Of a stretch of DNA of 64,000 nucleotides, positions 55,601 through 64,000 are shown piece after piece (the first letter of the stretch is position 1; each line of letters begins with the position of its first letter). The notes under the pieces were generated by a model, which did not search any database, had not been told where the DNA came from, and worked only from the letters and a program-made list of their open reading frames with translations. Origin of the DNA: Ruditapes philippinarum (taxonomy: Eukaryota); NCBI RefSeq assembly GCF_026571515.1, contig NW_026864167.1, forward strand, positions 124,001 through 188,000, given 5' to 3'. The translations under genes and the position numbers were made by a program.

Positions 55601-57699
55601 TTCAGTTTCGTGTTCTTGTAAATAGAGATGGATACATAAGTTTTATTCTAAAACAGACAACCTTTGCCACTTCTGATTAAGTGCGCTCATAAAAAATACG
55701 TCGTGTATTTCGGGTATCATTTTAATCTTCACTCTCTTCGTTTTATTTGATGGTACAGGTAAGTTATATTTTCTTCTGTAAAACATATTGACTAAAATAA
55801 ACAAAACGTTGTATAATTGTTTAGTTCTCGCACCATATAGATTGATTATACTTCAAGCAATATACACAATAGTCAATGCGATGTCTGGAATAAATGAAAC
55901 ATTATTTACTTTATGGCAATTATTTTAGCAAACGGGTTATAAGGGTACCATGATAACACAAATGAAACATTTACCAGACAAAAATTTCTGAGAAATCATA
56001 TCATCAAATTGACAAATGATATGTGAGAAATAAATATGAACAATGATAGGTCAAATTAAATGGTCGCTTGTCAGTCTGGGCTTTTATGTAAACGATATTT
56101 AATAAAACAATTTGTCGTGTACCGAAGTGTTATAAAATAAATTATCTGTGATTGTTTATTTGTATAATTACAAAGAGTTTTAAATAATGTATTATTAAAA
56201 TGAAAACATGACTTCCCTTTATGACCACAGAACACAACATTTTATATCAACATTTAACCAAAATATTTAAGATAAAACGACACAACATTGTCTTGCTTAT
56301 GATTTATTTAGATCATAGATTTTATGATATTTAACATACAATATAATGTTGTAAGCCTAGAAGATAATATTCATCATACAAAATAGTGTGAGATCAACAA
56401 CAAACTATTTTACAATATGAAAGTCAATAGCTCTCTACTTAAAGGACAACATAACGATTACAACACTAAGAAGAGTAATGAATATGAACTAAATCTTTCT
56501 CTCATGACATAAAATGTTAAAGTCAAAAGACATTTGTAAATCAGTGTTTAATACTGCTTATGTTGTTGGTATTAAAGCAAACGATACATTTCACATATCA
56601 TTGTCAATTCTTAATATAATTTTGAATAAACATTAATCAATTGGCATTGACAAAATATGTCCAAAATACATGTTCTCACTTAAGAGGATGATTGAGGGAA
56701 ATGCCAACAATAGTCGGTTTGGTTTCAAGCACTTATTGTAATTACATTCCCTTTAAGGTTAATTGGATTAAACGGTGATCTGTTTTGTGCTGTTGTTGAT
56801 TGTTTTCGGGTTATGTTTATTTGTTTTTTTCTTTTCTGCTGTGTACGATTTAACCACCTATTAATGTTCTTGTTTCAATTTTTCTGTCATGGTGTTTTAA
56901 TACATAATTACTTAAAAATACTCAATAATGTGCGTGAGCTTTTAAATAGTTTTCCTTTCAAATAGGTTCGATATTCAATTTGATAGATTATCTCGGTACA
57001 CACATATAATATATAATTGTTTCTTATTACAGTTATACCAATCAAAGTTTTAGTTCAAGTATTTGATCATGTGAAACTGAACTGTCCTGCTTCATACAAG
57101 TACCACTGAACATCAAAATTTAAATAAATGATATAACTTGACATTTTATAAGCCACCAGCAATAATTGGTTTACATGTCGAATGCATTACAAATAGTTCT
57201 TAAGAAATGAGTTATTGTACGATATTGTGTATGTAAATAACTTTCGCATTTTCAAATAGTTTTTAAAATGAAATCAAGCCTACACAAGGTAAATGTATAA
57301 CTGCTGACTGCACAACTATTTTTACAACTTTTATCTCTTTAACTTATGTCAATATTTCTTTAACTGAGTATCATTTTCCCTAGTAACTGAACATTCTGTG
57401 AAATATATAATCATTTCTGTGACATTGTCTTGTCGCCAATAGGTATTTGCCATATATCATTTTATTATAGTTTTATTGTTAGATTTTCAATGCATAATAA
57501 AATGAATGACAAGTAAGTAAAGGTCTGACAATTGATGATATTAGATAAAACTTGTATTGAGAAGGTAGTCTTCAACAAAATTATATCACATGTTTGAACC
57601 TTATATTTGATTGATATAATTTTTGTTTATAAAAGAAAGTATATTTAGTATTAAAAGGTCGGAAATTATTATAGTACTTGGTTATAGATCAAGCTTACA

Positions 57700-59400
57700 A
57701 AAGACTTTTAAACAAAATGGTATCTCACTAAAGGGGCGTATGAAGCGGTAGTTTATATGATATTGTGTTAGCATGTGATACATATATCACTCTTTTGTAG
57801 CAGGAATTGACGTAAATGACAATTCTTTTGAGAGAAATTAAACATTATATTCCAGTATATATAATAATAGATAACAATACAGACTTTTATTTCATATTTT
57901 GTCCATGCATGCCCTTGTTTGTTTTTGTTTATAAGATACAAATGTCTATTGGGAACTTCCTTCTGTCTTTCTCTCTTATCATTGATGAATTTATCAATCA
58001 ACCACATGCTTGATGTATAAATGTGGCGTATTATAAGGAGATATAGTGGTGATTTGCTATATGGTTTCACACATGAAAGAAAAAAAAGCCTTGAATATCA
58101 TAGACATATTAGAGGCCTATTAAAAACACGAGACACCAATGTGTGCCCTTTGCAACAAGATAATTGATTGACACGAACTTTATAGTTTGTTTACTGTTAT
58201 ACTCTGTAAAAGACATCATTCAAAAACTTTGCTTATGTATATCCTGAACAGCTATTATAGTTTGTTACGTACTGTTTACATTTTGTTAGTGTTCTTCAAA
58301 CAAACCTGATACTCACATCATGAACCAAAATAGAAAAGTTCTGTCCTAAATGATATGTTTGTCTGAACAAAAACAGCTTCTTTACTCTTTTAGTATCACC
58401 GACATCTGCATTGACCGACAGATTGCTATTAATTGGCATGTGTAGTACACTGTATAAGGTAGTTTGATAATGATAAATTTGGACTAACCATTAAGGAATG
58501 TCTTACGTTTTTTTATTTGTTTATGTAATGCATTACTTCAAATGGAAATACTCAACACAAACAAAAAGAAAATCTCCTTACCTTATCGATACATAAAAAA
58601 TCATACCATATTTAAAAAGCATTTACGCATATTCTCGAAAGTTGGTGCAAAACTTGTTTTGTATTTTAATAAAACTAACTGAAGAACTGTTTTAAACTTA
58701 AAATGTTCTTCCAACATATTGTATGTCCTTTGTTGGTGACTTTGTTTGCCATTTCTTATATTCATTAACACATCCTCCACATGCATGATCAAATTGCTGA
58801 TATTTTACTCCATCACGTGTTTGATTTATGTTTGTTTTGCAGAAATATTTTACGTTACAGTCATAGCAATTTTCTTTACACGATTAAGTAATTTGCTCTC
58901 AAATGTCATCGCCAAAGAAGATTACGAAACAAGTAAATTATATAAAATGTGGAAATACCAGGCCATTTTAGGTCTTTGTGTCTATATATTTAGTTTCAAT
59001 TGTTTAATTTATATAATGGAATCCGCCCTTTTGTAGAGAAAATAAGTGAAAGTAACTGTATAAACTTATGTTTTGTGAACAACGCATTAAATGAATTCTC
59101 TTTGTTTTGTTTGAAAGTATCACCAACAACATTATGCATATAAAGTCATATACTCTTCCAACATCTATCTTTCCTAAGTTTTTAAACTCAAACATAGAAC
59201 AAAAATAATGAACCAATTACTAACACAAGAAATATTACACGTCCTCAGGATGAGAAGTACAAGATCCCATTGCAAACAAAAAACTGTATAAAACAAGATA
59301 TTTGTTTGACCTCACAATTTATTTAGATTAAAAACGACTAGTGACTTGAATAGAAGTTGTTTTTTTTTTTGTAGAATTTTCTTTGCTTATGACTGAACAT
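57700..59400 (-). pseudogene. M9' (ORF 57768-58070 is largely a surviving stretch of the ancestral frame)
   Basis: ERQKEVPNRHLYLINKNKQGHAWTKYEIK (L..W at 57903-57941). On the plus strand ggaattgacgtaaatgacaattc (~57803) matches ggaatgacgtaaacgacaattc (~13901). Confidence 0.68.
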
Positions 59401-62400
59401 GTATGATGCTATAGCATTGTGGTCGTAAATTTCATTAAATACTAAAGTGTGCATTATATGTGTGAGAAAATCGAAACTTTACAAATAATGACAATTATGC
59501 TCATAATTTGAATAGCAGTAAAGTCCTTGATATATCTTTTATAAATAAGTTTTTTAGATAACAAATTGAAATAGCTTTTATCAACAATCAGTTTATTCTT
59601 ATTTTATCGGGACAATTACTTTACTTAAAATATCGAGACAAATTACAAGAATGAAGTGCATTTATGTTTGTTAAAATATAGAAAGCTAAGATTTGAAAAA
59701 TGTCAACTAAAGCATATATACAAAACAGTCGGTAATATAGTCGTTAGATAAAAATCATATTCAAAGTGACTCAAAAAAGTACTACCGCAAAAAAGGGCGT
59801 GTAAGACAGATGTGTAAGTTTAAATGATATTGTGTAAAAAGCATGAGCTTGTTATATCACTCTATCTTTTGAGATAAATCTAAAAAAATATTTCAATACA
59901 TAAAATTATATATCGAGTAATATGCTTATATTTTATATTTGTACCAGGCATGTCCTTGTTTGCCCATATTTAAAGGATACAATCGTCTATTGGGATTTTC
60001 GTTCAGTCTTTATTTCTTATCACTGAATCAGGATATCAGTCAAACACATATTTGATTGATGAAAGCGGCGGTTATTAAATAAATGAGAAATAGTGGTGAT
60101 CATTGGTTATTTGGTATAGTCTCAAAACGTTGAATATCATAGCGATAAAAAAGAAATATTTGCAAACGCGAGACAAATATTATTGCCCTGTGCAAAAGAA
60201 TACATTTTGGATCGTAGTCGCTTGTTGTTCTGTACTCAAAATTATGCGATGAAGCGTGTTTTAAGTTTTGTTAACGGTACTGACACTTCAAATGATTATT
60301 AACTCACGCGGCCAATAAAGAAAAAAAAAGAACAGTAATTTAAGTGACATCGAAAATCACCTTTTAACCGCATTCTATATTCAAAACACAAACTGTTTTC
60401 ACATATGATATACAGGCACAAGTCACGTATGTAGACACACACAGGCCGTATACATCGCTTTACTTAATTGCTTCTACATGTATTAAGAGATACATATCAT
60501 AAAACAACATATATAGAACAAAAAGGCCATATCTATATATAAACGTAATATCCATGCAAGATGTTAATTTATTGTGCGGTAATGTGTAATGTTGTTGTAT
60601 TTGTTTTTTTGTTTTTTTTTTCGTGCACTTCACTAAACCTTCTACACACGAAACAAACCATAAAAAGATTTAATGATGTTAATATATGCGCACAATAAGT
60701 ATTTTTCTAAACAAAAACAAATTCTTACTTTTTTACACAGAATATATTTATCTGTGAGTTCATCAACAGATGTCTTAGGATCTTAAGAAATACTCTTACC
60801 ATTGATAAATCTAATCGATTCATTTCAATTAAAACACATTTTACTGTTATATTTTATGGAGTGTAATGTTTCAAAAAAATAATTATAATAAACACAAGCA
60901 TGCAATCCGTATCCGTTTATTGTTAAACACTTTTATCAACCAGAAACATTATGTTACGATATATTCAGTACTTTTGCGTTACATCTCAAATTGATGCAAA
61001 CAGGCCTTTTGTATTTCCACTTTCATAATTCATTAATAACTGAGGTGTTGATATTAACCCTTTGATTAAATATTTTGTTATTAAGTACATAAATGTAATT
61101 TGTATGCCAGTATTTTATTCAATAAGACGTCCACTGGGACTTCCTCCTCATACTAGGTGATAACAAAGCGGACAATTTACTACAAAACGTGTTTGATTTA
61201 TGAATGTATCGCAGAAGTGGTATCTATTTAACTGACATCATTCAAGGTCCTATAATTTTCTTCACACGATTAGGTCGAATGTTCTTCAATGTCATCACGA
61301 GGTAAGACGAAAGGAATAAGTGTTAGAACTACCTTAAAATTATAAAAACAGCATTATATCACCGTTTATATATATTATAAAATATCAGTCATTAAATACA
61401 TTAGATACATGCATATAATTATTATAACCTTTAAAATTATTGAGCATTATTAGTTATGTATTTTTAATTCTTTTCTGCGTATCCCAATCAATACTATTAA
61501 ATAGTAAGTTTATTTTATATTATTGTAGATAAATTTATATAGTGATGACCATGTATTTTTCTAGAACAAAAACAACTTTATAACTTGAAACTTGTAATAT
61601 TTGTATTCACTCATCTGTGTTTCGACTAAATGCATACATATCATGATTTCAACCAAATGCTTTTTTAAAACCAACCTAATTGAAATGATGCTATTTAATA
61701 ATGTTGTTCATATGTTGTGTAACCACAACTTAATATTCTTCTCTATTGCATGCAGGGTTGCCTCAAAACATATTAACAAATATATCAAATAATGTTTATT
61801 TAGCAACCTAAGATAAACTTTGTTATCAAGTTTTCATTCAATAAAACGTCCACCAGGATATTCTTCTCATAAAAGCTGATAAAATAGGGGAAAACTTACT
61901 CTACCACATGTTTGATTTATGGTTGTATCGCATAATTCTTCTTGCACAAATTTCGTTAGTTTTCTTCAGACATATAGTCAACTGTTCGTAGAAACAATCA
62001 CGATTCAACATAAAGAGGCAATTGAGTGGTGATGTTAAATGAAAAATACTGGCCATTTTAAGTTTACACTTTTTTCATCAATTGTTTAGTCCGGAACATT
62101 TTTAGACTCTGAGATTACAAAATCTATTATGCTATCAAATCTTTTTTTTAAATATGCTAATAATTAATTTATTAAATCAGTTCGATTGTTCTCGAGTCTT
62201 TTTAACAAGTACTATTCAAAGAAAACAGTGGATTTTACCAACGCATCCAGAAAATTTAGATTAGTAGTGCAATAAGGCGCCTTAATAAATCAGCCACGCC
62301 GAGTTCTCATAATGTATATCCAGGAAAGAGATTAAACTGATATTTTGTTCCTAATAAAAAAATTTCTATCTTCTATATGTAACCATAAAATGCACGAAAA

Positions 62401-62994
62401 GTTTTAGTTGTTGAACCGTCTCGGTCAAAATTTTCTGTGTCTTTGAAAGCTATGGTATTTCAAATAAAATTATTATTAGAAAATTAGTGACAGAAAGTGG
62501 AACACTTGTTTTAGAAATAAGTTATAAGGATATTGTTTAAAAGGAAGTGATTTTATCAAGACTGTAATCAATTAGATTTCACCGATCAAAATTCGTTTCC
62601 GAAACTGTTATATAAGAAATAGAGGATATCTGTTTGTTTGTGTGTAAGATAAAATTAAATGACATCTTACACAACAAACAGACACATTTTCTTTTTATTT
62701 TATGCTTAAAAACAAGTTTAAACGAAATTTCCATAATTTTAACGTTAATATTTAAATCTGTTTCACCCATTGAGAGCCCCATTTAGACGGAATTTCTCAT
62801 TAAAAACAAGAAGTCTTGAGCTGAAAAATAAGTCCGCCAATCAAGGTTAAATGACGGTGATACTTATTCATTTTAACAAAAAAATATGAATGATCGCTTG
62901 TTTTAATAATAAAAACAAACAATTCTTGTAGGAGAAAAAGTCCAACCATCCATCCATATTTTTGTTACTTACTGCGAATTTATATTAGACCTGA

Positions 62995-63180
62995 GGCCAG
63001 TTTCTCAAAGCTCTGTTAAATTTAACCGTCCGTTAAATCCACTAACAGACGGTTAATTTTAACCTTCGTGTTAAATTTTGTTGCTCAAAATTAACGCTCA
63101 CTTTAACTGCCATTTTAACAGCTGAATCTGTCTGTTAATTTAATCGAGGTTTGAACCTGCGTTAAAATTTAACAGAGGGA
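62995..63180. mobile_element. Left end of a further insertion, possibly PIF/Harbinger-like, nested in the hairpin element; right end not identified
   Basis: Homology to 51960 onward stops at attagacctg. New sequence starts ggccagtttctcaaa after TGA, with many ttaa/gttaa subterminal units. Confidence 0.45.
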
Positions 63181-63529
63181 TCATAGAAATGATATATGTA
63201 TATGTGAAATGTATTTTTATGCGTTGACAGTCGTATTTAAATGAAACATATGCAAATTATCAAAATAGATATAATGAAAAAACAAATTTAAATTCCTTAT
63301 AGGTCTAGTTCCTTTTGCTGCAATCGAGATTTCTTCTTTTACATGACATTGTTTAAGTTTTTTCACTTAAGAGAGATCTACCATAGATTATTTGTTGTTG
63401 AAAGTTTGAGTATAAGTAACACCTATGTATGTTTGTCTCCGTTCAATGTATGAGCTACCTTTCCTTTTTTCTCTTCTTTTATTTCCCTTGTGAGTGTGTT
63501 TGTATATTGTGTTGTGTATGTACATGTGT

Positions 63530-63605
63530 ATATATTATTGTAAAAGTGTGAAGTTTTGTTGCATTGAGTATTTATCAAAACTTCACACTTTTACAATAAT
63601 ATATA
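63530..63605. repeat. Perfect ~30-bp-arm inverted repeat
   Basis: tatatattattgtaaaagtgtgaagttttg / caaaacttcacacttttacaataatatata. Confidence 0.9.
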
Positions 63606-64000
63606 GATAGATAGTTTATTCATATAAGACGTGTACAAAATGCACATGGTCACAAAATACATACATTCAAATATAATTAAACATCACGTAATCATCAAAG
63701 TTAAAATTATTTAGTAGCAAATATATACACATGAACATATATACACACACACACACACACATACCCATGACGAGGGAAATAAAGTTAAAAAAAAATGTTT
63801 TTGTTCAGGTTTAAAACACATAATCAATGTGGCCATACCACGTGACTTTTCGGGTACGGAACACGCCGATTTTTCACCCGATTCAGGTATGTTTTTTATT
63901 CATAACTTATTGATTACTAAACCGATTTTGATTAGATAAGGCGCAGAGTACCCGTAATTATATCAGTTATCCACGGTATATCAAAATTCTTAAAACCCCT

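Larger units (their letters stand above)
38725..62990 (+). repeat. Tandem segmental duplication unit B (~11.1-11.5 kb): copies ~38725-50210, ~50210-61325 and partial ~61325-62990
   Basis: taccttaa..ttataaa.aca(a/g)catt recurs at ~38732, ~50216 and ~61330. Paired ORFs 42698/55189 and 40777/53683. Confidence 0.93.

Noticed and set aside
58690-58870. CYDC..HACGGC and GHTIC as zinc-finger or RING remnants
   Set aside because: They are in different frames and the cysteines are not visibly conserved in paralogs.
63825-64000. GC-richer sequence starting gtggccataccacgtg, possibly another transposon end
   Set aside because: Cut off by the window edge, so neither a partner end nor a TSD can be tested.

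Overview
AT-rich eukaryotic DNA, probably from a bivalve mollusc (inferred from the repeat families, not verified). I find no intact host gene, RNA gene or CRISPR array. Three layers are visible. (1) Transposon insertions: a CR1/L2-type LINE endonuclease frame with a 2A-like peptide at the left edge, a nested TIR/HINE element, hAT-, piggyBac-, Crypton- and Harbinger-like non-autonomous elements, a palindromic MITE, a foldback element and a LINE 3' tail. (2) Large tandem duplications: unit A of about 17 kb x2 (~2000-19435 and ~19420-36226), and unit B of about 11 kb x2 plus a partial third copy (~38725-50210, ~50210-61325, ~61325-62990). (3) The main signal, not evident from the ORF track: nearly all remaining DNA reads as a dense array of decayed, apparently intronless ~3-kb paralogous genes of one family I do not recognise. 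About 10-11 distinct members (M1-M11, some 20 copies) lie on both strands and share colinear motifs such as L[ED]x[VL]xxFY, LY[PL]xNxxKxxxxW, NSML, FxQY and ATVxQI. All alignments were done by eye, so pseudogene boundaries are approximate (roughly +/-200 bp).
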